Source: a virus
Taxonomy: Duplodnaviria > Caudoviricetes
Length of the DNA stretch: 52,011 nucleotides
Direction: 5' to 3' (one strand)
IMG/VR virus record: IMGVR_UViG_3300030372_001232
Location: 1-52,011 of that record
Below, piece after piece: positions 26,144 to 34,123 of the stretch (its first letter is position 1; each line of letters begins with the position of its first letter). The position numbers and the translations under genes were made by a program. The notes beneath the pieces were generated by a model. That model was not told the origin of the DNA. It ran no database searches and saw only the letters and a list, made by a program, of their open reading frames with translations.

Positions 26144-26440
26144 CTATCCTAAGTCTACTATTAATCTATCTCGAAGTTCATCATCACTACAGTTATCGTA
26201 GTTAGTATCGAAATACTTTTCACCTGATATTAAATCTTCAGAAGGGCAACCATGCTCATTAAAAAAGTCTACAAGTTTTTCCCTCATGATATCTATATCT
26301 AACTCATTGTAAATAATTTTTCTCATTATCTCTATCTCTTCTGGCGAAAAATACTTTTCATACTCATTATAAATTTCATCTCGCCACATATCTAGTTTTT
26401 GTTCTAGATATCTTTCATGGTGTTCACAACTCATCTTCAT
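26144..26440 (-). CDS. Acidic hypothetical protein
   Basis: 98 aa in the early operon. Confidence 0.6.
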   Translation of the reverse strand: MKMSCEHHERYLEQKLDMWRDEIYNEYEKYFSPEEIEIMRKIIYNELDIDIMREKLVDFFNEHGCPSEDLISGEKYFDTNYDNCSDDELRDRLIVDLG

Positions 26441-26630
26441 TCCTTTCTAATTTATATACCTCAACAGGTATTGTTTCTACTGTGTTAATTGCATTAGGTA
26501 TTTTAATTTGTTCAATGTGATACATATCTGCGACATCTTTATTATATCCTAACAATACACCAACTATTGCAATCAATCCCCATGCCCATATTATTCCTAA
26601 GAAGAACCATACTATTACATATCTATTCAT
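26424..26630 (-). CDS. Small membrane protein
   Basis: N-terminal hydrophobic helix. Confidence 0.6.
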   Translation of the reverse strand: MNRYVIVWFFLGIIWAWGLIAIVGVLLGYNKDVADMYHIEQIKIPNAINTVETIPVEVYKLERNEDEL

Positions 26631-26934
26631 AATCTGCCCCCATTATTTTTTTTAATCCTTTTATATTTGCTTCTAAATCTTCTTGTTGTTTTGTTGATAG
26701 GTTTAATTGTCTTTCGTCTTCTCTATCAAAGAAATCCTTATCGTAAGTATTACCACCTTCAAATAATTCAATTCCTTCGCTAATTAAAAAAGCCAACTCA
26801 TCATTAAACACATTGACTTGAGACTCCCCATATTTTTTTATAAAGAATTCTCTAGCAGTTTCAACTGTCATTGATTCTATTAGGTAATGAGAATACTCTT
26901 GCATTTCCATTAACCAATTTTTTACTCCACTCAT
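26623..26934 (-). CDS. Hypothetical protein
   Basis: AAGGGAG RBS, MSGVKNWLMEMQE N-terminus. Confidence 0.7.
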   Translation of the reverse strand: MSGVKNWLMEMQEYSHYLIESMTVETAREFFIKKYGESQVNVFNDELAFLISEGIELFEGGNTYDKDFFDREDERQLNLSTKQQEDLEANIKGLKKIMGADYE

Positions 26935-26956
26935 ATTTATACTCCCTTATTATTTA

Positions 26957-27112
26957 TTAATCGTAAGTTTCATCTTCAACTTGATTGACTCCACTAACAA
27001 TAGTATCGTCATCTTGTCCAAATAAAAACTCATCTACATTTTCATCTAGTATATCAAACTCATCATAGATGTCAATAAGTTTTTTCTTTTTCTTATAAGT
27101 ATTTGTTTTCAT
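26957..27112 (-). CDS. Very acidic small protein (51 aa)
   Basis: MKTNTYKKKKKLIDIYDEFDILDENVDEFLFGQDDDTIVSGVNQVEDETYD, GAAAGGA RBS. Confidence 0.55.
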   Translation of the reverse strand: MKTNTYKKKKKLIDIYDEFDILDENVDEFLFGQDDDTIVSGVNQVEDETYD

Positions 27113-27133
27113 TATGTTTTTTCCTTTCTGTTA

Positions 27134-28015
27134 TTATTTTTTATTGCCGATATCGTAAAGGTCGTGAACGAACATAGCCATGCCAACAGGGTTAGTTTCT
27201 GCTACTTCAATCATTTCATCTACTGTTAAACCACACAACATATCATCAGTTAATTGTTGACCATTGGAAGTTAAATCTTCATCAAGACTATCCCAACTTG
27301 TACTGTAAGTATTATCATATTGAATATTACCGCCTTGATAATTACCATACATATCATAATCATTCAACCAACCTGACCAAGATTTTTTCGTGGCTACTTT
27401 CTTACCTAAGTCAATGTCATAGTCATATCCGACACCACGACTAATAGAATAAGTATTAGATACCCAACCTACATTCTTAACATCTTTACCCTCGCCCTGA
27501 TTAATGATAGTAAACTCTTGCGTCTTACCATCAAGAAACAATAACTTGTCCGAGCCTATCAAATCTTCAAGTGATTCAGTCCACTCGGCATTGTAAAGTA
27601 AGTTAGGATTGTTAAGTAATTGGGGTCTGATAACCCATTTGATAAATTGGTGGGTGTCAGATTTATTCTTATCAATCATTGGTGTCGGCAACTTTGCTCC
27701 ATTATGCATTACCCATAAATCTCTATCTGCTCCATTCTCGCCCTTACGCAAGACTTGAAATGGGTGTGATAAATCTCTACAAGTATTCCCTGCCGTTGTA
27801 AATCTGAAATGAATACCAACTTGAGTATTCAAATCTTGATAATTCTTCCACATCTTGTGTATATCTTGGAAGTTTTTTGGTACTATCTTATGGGTATGTA
27901 CCTTACCTTTATTATAAAACATAACCCCAAAACCATCTGAATTATTTTGATAGGCACATTCCATCAAATTTAAATCCAAGTCTTTAGGACTGTTAGCTTT
28001 TATTATTAAACACAT
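27134..28015 (-). CDS. Class II (Ntn) glutamine amidotransferase
   Basis: N-terminal MC nucleophile, NSDGFG, HFRFTT, HPF, MHNG and SDT motifs. Confidence 0.9.
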   Translation of the reverse strand: MCLIIKANSPKDLDLNLMECAYQNNSDGFGVMFYNKGKVHTHKIVPKNFQDIHKMWKNYQDLNTQVGIHFRFTTAGNTCRDLSHPFQVLRKGENGADRDLWVMHNGAKLPTPMIDKNKSDTHQFIKWVIRPQLLNNPNLLYNAEWTESLEDLIGSDKLLFLDGKTQEFTIINQGEGKDVKNVGWVSNTYSISRGVGYDYDIDLGKKVATKKSWSGWLNDYDMYGNYQGGNIQYDNTYSTSWDSLDEDLTSNGQQLTDDMLCGLTVDEMIEVAETNPVGMAMFVHDLYDIGNKK

Positions 28016-28056
28016 AATTTACTTTCCTTTCATTGTTATTTAAAGTTAAAAGTTTG

Positions 28057-29415
28057 TTAGCCATTACTTACACTATTGAATTGTCTTGATACATTTCTGC
28101 TAGGTGTACCAAGTACATATCCGTTAGTAATTAACCAACTCCAAAAATTAGAGTACTCACTTCTATTTTCTGGTTTCCTAATATAAGATAGAAAAGATTT
28201 ATAACTTAAACTTTGCTCTCTCATAGAAGATTGTTTTAAATAATGTACTAAAGCATCAGTAAATTCTAATGCTCTCATAAAGCCATGCTCTGATACATTA
28301 CTTTTAAATATTCTTAACTCTACTGTTTTTGATGGTACTGTATTGACCGCCTCGTATCTATCATCACTTCTATATTGACCATCAGATATCTTTTTAGTTT
28401 CTGATTTACACCAACGACCCATTGAACGACCCGCAATATCTTCAATAAATCTAGCATTTTTCTTATCATTAATAAACACTAGCAATTTACCAACCTCCAA
28501 TGGTGTTAATGCTTTCTTATTAATATGTATATGTAGCCCCGCACAACTTGTATTCCAACCTTTAACATAAGTACTCCCATTTTCATCAGTCCAATAATCA
28601 CTATTAAACATTTGACTAAACCTATCTTTTAAAAACTTATATGTACATGGAGCTGTAGTAATCTCAAAGCCACCATTACCCTCATCAAGTGACCCATCTT
28701 TTTTACATTTGAACCAACTCCCATTGTATTCGTGTAAAGTATCAGGGAAATTATCAGGCATTGAATTTCTAGCCATAACCTCCAATTCTACACCATACAA
28801 TAAATCTCTAGTGTTTCTTAAATTTTTATTAATTACTTCATCTTCTCTACATTGTACATCTAATTCATCATGTACAGGGAATGTATAGTTATAACAATAT
28901 CTCTCATGCTCATAACTACAATCTTCATCATAATCATCATTGTATTCCTCTTCATCTCTGCGGGCATCTGCACAAGATGAGCAACTATCATAGTCACCAT
29001 CATAATCATCTGCATCTCTCACTTCATCACAACTATGACAATAGTAGACATAATCTTCATACTCACATACTAGCCATCTCTCAATCTCATAGTATAAATT
29101 ATTGATTGCACTATCTAATTTACTTTCACATTCACGAGCAAGACTATTTCTGTTTGGATTAACAGTATCATATACATTTTCATTATATAAATGTATCTTG
29201 CCTCTAAGGTACTGTAATCTGTTTAGTATTCTTTGATTATCCCAAAAATCTCTACTAATTATATCTTGATATTCTACTGTATCATCAACAAAATGTCCAT
29301 TATTATTAAGTTTATATATCTTAATCAAGTTATATAAATCTCTTCTTTGCCAAACTGAATACTCTTCAAAAAATTCTTTTATCAAAGTATTTCTGTAATT
29401 AAATCGTAAAGTCAT
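28057..29415 (-). CDS. Putative amidoligase (COOH-NH2 ligase, Amidoligase_2-like) with a Cys/acidic N-terminal region
   Basis: YGVELEV, KKDGSL, GFEITTAP, CAGLHIHI, RYEAVN and TVELRIF. CHSC...CSSC lies upstream of the catalytic domain. Confidence 0.85.
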   Translation of the reverse strand: MTLRFNYRNTLIKEFFEEYSVWQRRDLYNLIKIYKLNNNGHFVDDTVEYQDIISRDFWDNQRILNRLQYLRGKIHLYNENVYDTVNPNRNSLARECESKLDSAINNLYYEIERWLVCEYEDYVYYCHSCDEVRDADDYDGDYDSCSSCADARRDEEEYNDDYDEDCSYEHERYCYNYTFPVHDELDVQCREDEVINKNLRNTRDLLYGVELEVMARNSMPDNFPDTLHEYNGSWFKCKKDGSLDEGNGGFEITTAPCTYKFLKDRFSQMFNSDYWTDENGSTYVKGWNTSCAGLHIHINKKALTPLEVGKLLVFINDKKNARFIEDIAGRSMGRWCKSETKKISDGQYRSDDRYEAVNTVPSKTVELRIFKSNVSEHGFMRALEFTDALVHYLKQSSMREQSLSYKSFLSYIRKPENRSEYSNFWSWLITNGYVLGTPSRNVSRQFNSVSNG

Positions 29416-29458
29416 AATTTTTTACTCCCTTTATTATTATTATCATTACTATATAATT

Positions 29459-29476
29459 ATGTCAGAATTATGACAT
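29459..29476. promoter_or_regulatory. Pho-box-like / TGTCA-N6-TGACA operator upstream of the amidoligase
   Basis: Minus strand ATGTCAT-AATT-CTGACAT. 19 of 20 bases at 29455-29474 match the inverted copy at 31401-31420. Confidence 0.5.
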
Positions 29477-29478
29477 AA

Positions 29479-29625
29479 CTAAATTAATTTTATAAAGCTA
29501 TATGCTATTCTTAATATACCATATACACCCAAACAGAAACCCAAAAATGGATATCCGCTAACACTAATTAAAACACTACACAAAAAGCATAGTACAATAA
29601 TCATTACATCTAAATTAGTTTCCAT
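29479..29625 (-). CDS. Small two-TM membrane protein (48 aa)
   Basis: METNLDVMIIVLCFLCSVLISVSGYPFLGFCLGVYGILRIAYSFIKLI, GAAAGGA RBS. Confidence 0.55.
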   Translation of the reverse strand: METNLDVMIIVLCFLCSVLISVSGYPFLGFCLGVYGILRIAYSFIKLI

Positions 29626-29643
29626 TATTTTTCCTTTCTTTTA

Positions 29644-29874
29644 TTATTCTTTGAATATAGACCAACCAATATTATCTTTTTGCATTAGTCCTCTATTAAA
29701 ATGATGATACTTTGTTTGTACAAGTCTATCATCTTTCATTAAAACAAAATACTCGGTATCTCTACCGACAAGCCACCCATCATCTTTGACCCATCTTTTT
29801 AGAATTTCCCAACCTTTTTGTTCTAAGTCAGTTATAATATTATTTATAATTTCTTTATGATTATATTTAGTCAT
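29644..29874 (-). CDS. Hypothetical early protein
   Basis: 76 aa, coupled to the upstream gene. Confidence 0.6.
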   Translation of the reverse strand: MTKYNHKEIINNIITDLEQKGWEILKRWVKDDGWLVGRDTEYFVLMKDDRLVQTKYHHFNRGLMQKDNIGWSIFKE

Positions 29875-30145
29875 TGTTATTCTGCCTATCTTTTATTATT
29901 TTTTCAATGTGAATATTAACTTTAGGCGAGCCACCTAAATATTTAATAACACTTTCCATTCTTTTTTCTATTTGGTCATTGACTTGTTTAATTTGTTTCT
30001 CAGTCATTCTATTCCCAAATTCCTCATTTACATTAACACTAAAATTTTCTAGCCAAAATTCTTTGTGATGTTGCATACCATCAATTAAAATTTCTTTAGC
30101 TATTTGATTAGGTGTTAAATCGTAGTCATCAAATTTAATTGTCAT
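29867..30145 (-). CDS. Hypothetical early protein
   Basis: Start set at MTIKFDD (30145), overlapping the upstream stop. Confidence 0.6.
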   Translation of the reverse strand: MTIKFDDYDLTPNQIAKEILIDGMQHHKEFWLENFSVNVNEEFGNRMTEKQIKQVNDQIEKRMESVIKYLGGSPKVNIHIEKIIKDRQNNND

Positions 30146-30272
30146 CTTCATCATACCTTTCATCTTCTAATTTTAAAACATAGAATGGATTTTGAAATGC
30201 CTCGAATACATCACTTTCATATTCAATTTTAATTTCATTATCATCTTTTAAAGTCTTATTATATTTAGTCAT
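30135..30272 (-). CDS. Small acidic early protein (45 aa)
   Basis: MTKYNKTLKDDNEIKIEYESDVFEAFQNPFYVLKLEDERYDEDDN. Starts inside the 37-bp repeat. Confidence 0.55.
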   Translation of the reverse strand: MTKYNKTLKDDNEIKIEYESDVFEAFQNPFYVLKLEDERYDEDDN

Positions 30273-30496
30273 AATTATAGTCCTTTCTTTTAGTTATTAA
30301 TATAATCTACAAATTTTACTTTATCAAATCTTCTATTATCTAGTTTAAACATTGTAGACATTTCCTCAATAATATAATCTCTGACATCTTCATTAGAAAA
30401 ATGTTCAGGTAAATTATTTATGCCTTTTATTATGTCGGCAATTTTTATATAATCTTTTCTAGTCATAATTATAGTCCTTTCTTTTAGTTATTAATA
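30266..30496 (-). repeat. Exact 37-bp direct repeat spanning stop codon, RBS and start codon of early genes
   Basis: tagtcataattatagtcctttcttttagttattaata at 30266-30302 and 30460-30496. A degenerate third copy lies at about 30754-30791. Confidence 0.9.
30290..30466 (-). CDS. Conserved small early protein (MTRKDY...DNxRFD type, 58 aa)
   Basis: MTRKDYIKIADII...FKLDNRRFDKVKF, bounded by the two 37-bp repeats. Confidence 0.7.
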   Translation of the reverse strand: MTRKDYIKIADIIKGINNLPEHFSNEDVRDYIIEEMSTMFKLDNRRFDKVKFVDYINN

Positions 30497-30757
30497 TTTT
30501 GTATATTTACCCGTTTCATATTCTGATGGTATAGCGGGAGCAAATCTTTCTTTTTCAGGTCTTTTTTGATATTCTTCATCTATTAATCTTCGTATTTCCA
30601 AGCAATCTGCATTGACTGGAAAATTCATAGTAAACCAAATATAATCTAATTTCTTTTTATTTTCTTTGACATTGATGTCATGTCTAATTAGATTTTTTAG
30701 TAATAAAATTTCATATTTAAGTAATTCAGGGTTATCCATTATATATTTTTCAATCAT
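30491..30757 (-). CDS. Hypothetical early protein
   Basis: 88 aa, AAAAGGAC RBS within the degenerate repeat copy. Confidence 0.65.
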   Translation of the reverse strand: MIEKYIMDNPELLKYEILLLKNLIRHDINVKENKKKLDYIWFTMNFPVNADCLEIRRLIDEEYQKRPEKERFAPAIPSEYETGKYTKY

Positions 30758-30906
30758 AATTATTAGTCCTTTTATTTAGTTATTATTAATAGTGATAGTT
30801 TTTAGTCATATATTCTAGATATAAAAACCATCTAAAAAATTCTCTAAAATTCCTTTTCAAGAATTGCCTGAAAACATCTATGCGTATTACATCAGGTCTT
30901 ATGCTT

Positions 30907-31089
30907 TTAAAACTTGCCTAGTGCCTCATTACTGTTTAACTTCATTCGATAAAATATATAGTTATTATCGGCAGTCTTAGTCAAGTTCTTATAAGCTTTG
31001 TTAATCTTACTACCCTTTTTTAGCTCATAGTGCCTAATTAATTGGCGGGCTTTTTTATCAGGGCGTTTGATATAAATTTTGCTTCGCAT
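30907..31089 (-). CDS. Possible small basic protein
   Basis: 60 aa, first ORF of the early arm, no clear RBS. Confidence 0.35.
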   Translation of the reverse strand: MRSKIYIKRPDKKARQLIRHYELKKGSKINKAYKNLTKTADNNYIFYRMKLNSNEALGKF

Positions 31090-31156
31090 AATTATAATAT
31101 GACATAGATTTGAAAAAAATAAAAGGATATTTGAAAAAATATTTTTTATCTAATAA

Positions 31157-31239
31157 AATCAATGAGTTAAAATGTAAATTATTTTTGTTTTTTGGGTGGG
31201 AATTTATAAAAAGTGTATCGGCTAAATAAGTTATTGAAA
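31157..31239. promoter_or_regulatory. Two inverted IHF-like sites
   Basis: AATCAAtgagTTA (31157-31169) matches WATCAANNNNTTR exactly. Minus-strand TTTCAAtaacTTA (31227-31239) has one mismatch. Confidence 0.45.
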
Positions 31240-31300
31240 ATAAAGGGAAATTAAGAACATTTTTGAAAAGGGCTATATTACATATATATATTGTTTTAAG

Positions 31301-31348
31301 TGTTGTATAAATACCACAAGTAATTGAATATGTTGTATATTTGCAACA
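31301..31348. promoter_or_regulatory. Tandem palindromic TGT-N12-ACA operators
   Basis: TGTTGTATAAATACCACA (31301) and TGTTGTATATTTGCAACA (31331), 30-bp period. Confidence 0.55.
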
Positions 31349-31398
31349 GTAAGAATAAATATATTAGTTATAAATTTTAGCTATAACTTTGTTAAGTA

Positions 31399-31485
31399 GT
31401 GACATAATTCTGACATAATTCTATGAGATGATTCTAGCGAAGGTCTATATTAAATTTTGTATATATAGGTCATAAGTTCTGACAT
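31399..31485. repeat. TGACATAATTC 11-bp direct repeats (Pho-box-like)
   Basis: GTGACAT-AATT-CTGACAT-AATT at 31399-31420 and a related GGTCATAAGTTCTGACAT at 31468-31485. Confidence 0.6.
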
Positions 31486-31516
31486 ATCTATTGAGATTGG
31501 CAAGGTCAGGCTAGTA

Positions 31517-31537
31517 CCACCCCCACCCCCCACCCAC
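31517..31537 (-). other. G-rich tract (G-quadruplex potential on the minus strand)
   Basis: The minus strand reads GTGGGTGGGGGGTGGGGGTGG in an otherwise very AT-rich region. Confidence 0.5.
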
Positions 31538-31574
31538 ATATATAGCAATGTCGTACAAAATGGACAAGTTAGAG

Positions 31575-31656
31575 TGTTAACCAGTAGCTGGCCCGCTTGG
31601 AAGTTGACTGCAATGTAAAGGGAAATATTGGGAGAAGTTTAAAATGTTAACCAGTA
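31575..31656 (+). repeat. TGTTAACCAGTA direct repeat (70-bp period)
   Basis: Copies at 31575 and 31645, each followed by GCCC. The TGTTAAC core recurs at 31699 and 31825. Confidence 0.75.
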
Positions 31657-31763
31657 CCTTGCCCACTGCAAGTACAGGGTCGGGTGTTGTCGGTTTTGTG
31701 TTAACTTGATAAATCTATATAGTGTATACTAGGTATATAACCGCCCCCAGGGGGACTAATATT

Positions 31764-31792
31764 ATTATACACCCTAATAGCGGTTTTGTCAA
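31764..31792 (-). promoter_or_regulatory. Consensus sigma70 promoter firing leftward into the non-coding region
   Basis: Minus strand TTGACA-17-TATAAT. Confidence 0.85.
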
Positions 31793-31815
31793 TACTTATT
31801 TTTATTATTTTTTAC

Positions 31816-31844
31816 TTGACAATTTGTTAACTAGATGGTATAAT
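31816..31844 (+). promoter_or_regulatory. Consensus sigma70 promoter for the terminase operon
   Basis: TTGACA-17-TATAAT with TGn. Only 8 nt separate the -10 from the ATG. Confidence 0.9.
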
Positions 31845-31852
31845 AGGGGTAT

Positions 31853-32293
31853 ATGAGTTTTTTACAAACAACAGATAAACAAAGAAAAAGAAAATTAACA
31901 GAAAAGCAAGAGAAGTTTTTGTCAGCTCTTGCTGGCGAAGCCAATGGAGATGCACGACAAGCCCTCACAATAGCAGGATATGAACAAACATCATACTATG
32001 CTGTTCTAGACTCCCTAAAAGAAGAGGTAGTAGATGTTGCAAATAGCATACTTGCTCACAGTGCTCCCAAAGCGGCGGCTAAATTAGTAGATGTTCTTGA
32101 GAGTGACGCTCCCATACCACAAGTCGGTGCTAAGTTGCAAGCCGCCCAAACTTTATTAGATAGAGTTGGTATCAGTAAAAGAGAAAGAGTTGACGTTAAT
32201 CATAGTGTTACAGGTGGTATTTTTTTATTACCAGACAAAGAAGATATAAAAATTATAGATGGAGAAGTAGAAGACAATGGCACTGAAGCGTAG
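31853..32293 (+). CDS. terS: Terminase small subunit (putative)
   Basis: LTEKQEKFL...A..IAGY HTH-like N-terminus and AAQTLLDRVG. Lies upstream of terL. Confidence 0.75.
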   Translation: MSFLQTTDKQRKRKLTEKQEKFLSALAGEANGDARQALTIAGYEQTSYYAVLDSLKEEVVDVANSILAHSAPKAAAKLVDVLESDAPIPQVGAKLQAAQTLLDRVGISKRERVDVNHSVTGGIFLLPDKEDIKIIDGEVEDNGTEA

Positions 32294-32549
32294 AACAACT
32301 TCAACAATACCATTTGGTTATAAAGAATCAGAAGAAGTCCAAGGATTTCTAGAACCTATCCCTGAACAACTCGAAGCGTTAGAAGAAGTTAAAGGTTACA
32401 TACTAAACGGCTCACTATCTCTTCGAGGGGCTGCAGAACAACTACAATATAAAACAGGTAGAGGTATGTCAGCAGTAGGATTAAAAAAGATTGTAGACAA
32501 AGAACGAAGCAAGAACGGATTATTAGCAAAGCATGGAAGAACCGCCTAA
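32277..32549 (+). CDS. Small DNA-binding protein (recombinase-domain/HTH-like)
   Basis: IPFGY...P.PEQ...SLRGAA..L...GR.MS..GLKK pattern. Confidence 0.6.
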   Translation: MALKRRTTSTIPFGYKESEEVQGFLEPIPEQLEALEEVKGYILNGSLSLRGAAEQLQYKTGRGMSAVGLKKIVDKERSKNGLLAKHGRTA

Positions 32550-34122
32550 GAAAAAAAGAGGTAGACCAAAGGGTTCTAGTAGTCCAAGGCATCTAACTCG
32601 AGAGCATCAAGCACGATTACAAGCAGCTCGTGAATTGAAAGCTAAAAAGAAAAAGATAGAAAAGCTAGAAGTAAAGCTATCACAAGAGCGTGGTAAGTTA
32701 AAAAACAAAAAAGAAGCTTTAACTTCGCCTGTTCTTACAGATACTACAAAAGAAAATTTACCTACAAAGGTAAAAGAGTTTATAGAAGATAACAAAGAGT
32801 CTATTGTTTTTAAACCAAACGCTGGACCACAGACAGATTTCTTAGCTGCACCAGAGCAAGATGTGTTATATGGTGGAGCTGCAGGTGGTGGTAAGTCATA
32901 TGCAATGTTAGTTGACCCACTACGGTTTATGCACAGACCAAGCCACAGAGCTTTATTACTTAGAAGGTCTATGCCAGAACTAAGAGAGCTTATAGATAAA
33001 TCAAGAGAACTTTATCCAAAAGCTTTTACTGGAGCAAAGTTTAGAGAAGTAGAAAAGATTTGGAGATTTCCAAGCGGGGCTATGCTTGAGTTTGGATACC
33101 TGGACAGAGATGCTGATGTATATAGGTATCAAGGACAAGCTTATAGCTGGATTGGAATAGATGAGTTAACTCAGTATCCAACTGAGTTTCCACTTCAGTA
33201 CTTGCAATCACGATTAAGAACAACTGACCCAGAGATTAGAACTTATATTCGGTGTACTGCAAACCCTGGAGGAGTCGGCGGAAAATGGGTAAAAAAGAGA
33301 TATCTTGACCCATCTCCACCTAATGAAACTTTTAAAGGTTCAGATGGATTAACTCGTAAGTTTATACCTGCAAGATTAGATGATAACCCTTATCTTGCAG
33401 AAGATGGTAGATACGAACAGATGTTAGCATCACTACCACCAGTACAGAGAAAACAGTTAATGGAAGGTAACTGGGATGTTGCAGAAGGTGCAGCATTTGC
33501 AGAGTTTGATACTGAAAAACATATTATACCTCCATTTCAAATACCTTATCACTGGACAAGATATAAAGGTATTGACTACGGTTATGCAGCAGAGTCAGCT
33601 TGTATATGGGCTACCATTGACCCAGAAGATGATACAATTATAATTTATAGAGAGTTGTATCAAAAAGGATTAACAGGTGAAGACCTTGCAGAAGTTATAA
33701 CTGAAATGGAAAGAGATGAGCGTAGAAGTATACAAGGTGTTCTTGATACTGCAGCATGGAACAGAACAGGAACAACAGGTCCTACAGTTGGTGAAACTTT
33801 AGTAAGAGCTGGTCATAAACTTAGACCAGCAGATAAAAATAGAATACAAGGTAAAATACAAATACATGAAAAGTTAAAACCAAACAATACTACAGGAAGA
33901 CCAAGACTTCAGATTATGTCTAACTGTGTAAATTTAATTAGAGAGTTACAAAGTATTCCTTGTGACCCTAATAGACCTGAAGATGTTGATACAAAAGCAT
34001 CTGACCATGCATATGATGCTTTAAGATATTTAATTATGTCTAGACCAAGAATGCCTAGTACATATAGAGAGATGGGCGAAATAAAACGGTTTACTCCTAG
34101 TGACCCGACATTTGGATATTAA
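32533..34122 (+). CDS. terL: Terminase large subunit
   Basis: LYGGAAGGGKS Walker A, IGIDE Walker B, CTANPGG, GIDYGY and DHAYDALRY nuclease motifs. Confidence 0.96.
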   Translation: MEEPPKKKRGRPKGSSSPRHLTREHQARLQAARELKAKKKKIEKLEVKLSQERGKLKNKKEALTSPVLTDTTKENLPTKVKEFIEDNKESIVFKPNAGPQTDFLAAPEQDVLYGGAAGGGKSYAMLVDPLRFMHRPSHRALLLRRSMPELRELIDKSRELYPKAFTGAKFREVEKIWRFPSGAMLEFGYLDRDADVYRYQGQAYSWIGIDELTQYPTEFPLQYLQSRLRTTDPEIRTYIRCTANPGGVGGKWVKKRYLDPSPPNETFKGSDGLTRKFIPARLDDNPYLAEDGRYEQMLASLPPVQRKQLMEGNWDVAEGAAFAEFDTEKHIIPPFQIPYHWTRYKGIDYGYAAESACIWATIDPEDDTIIIYRELYQKGLTGEDLAEVITEMERDERRSIQGVLDTAAWNRTGTTGPTVGETLVRAGHKLRPADKNRIQGKIQIHEKLKPNNTTGRPRLQIMSNCVNLIRELQSIPCDPNRPEDVDTKASDHAYDALRYLIMSRPRMPSTYREMGEIKRFTPSDPTFGY

Positions 34123-34123
34123 T

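Noticed and set aside
18360-29105. Plus-strand and nested ORFs within the replication arm (for example 18360, 19111, 20050, 20382, 20846, 20865, 21561, 21697, 22225, 22905, 23681, 24156, 25808, 28881)
   Set aside because: They overlap conserved minus-strand genes. The His-rich 28881 ORF is just the reverse complement of Asp/Tyr-rich codons.
30266-30496. 37-bp repeats as a mini-CRISPR or attachment sites
   Set aside because: The intervening 157 bp is a protein-coding gene, the repeat consists of stop, RBS and start, and no integrase is present.
32277-32549. Serine recombinase/integrase implying lysogeny
   Set aside because: Only a 90-aa PFGY/HTH-like fragment is present, with no catalytic resolvase domain.
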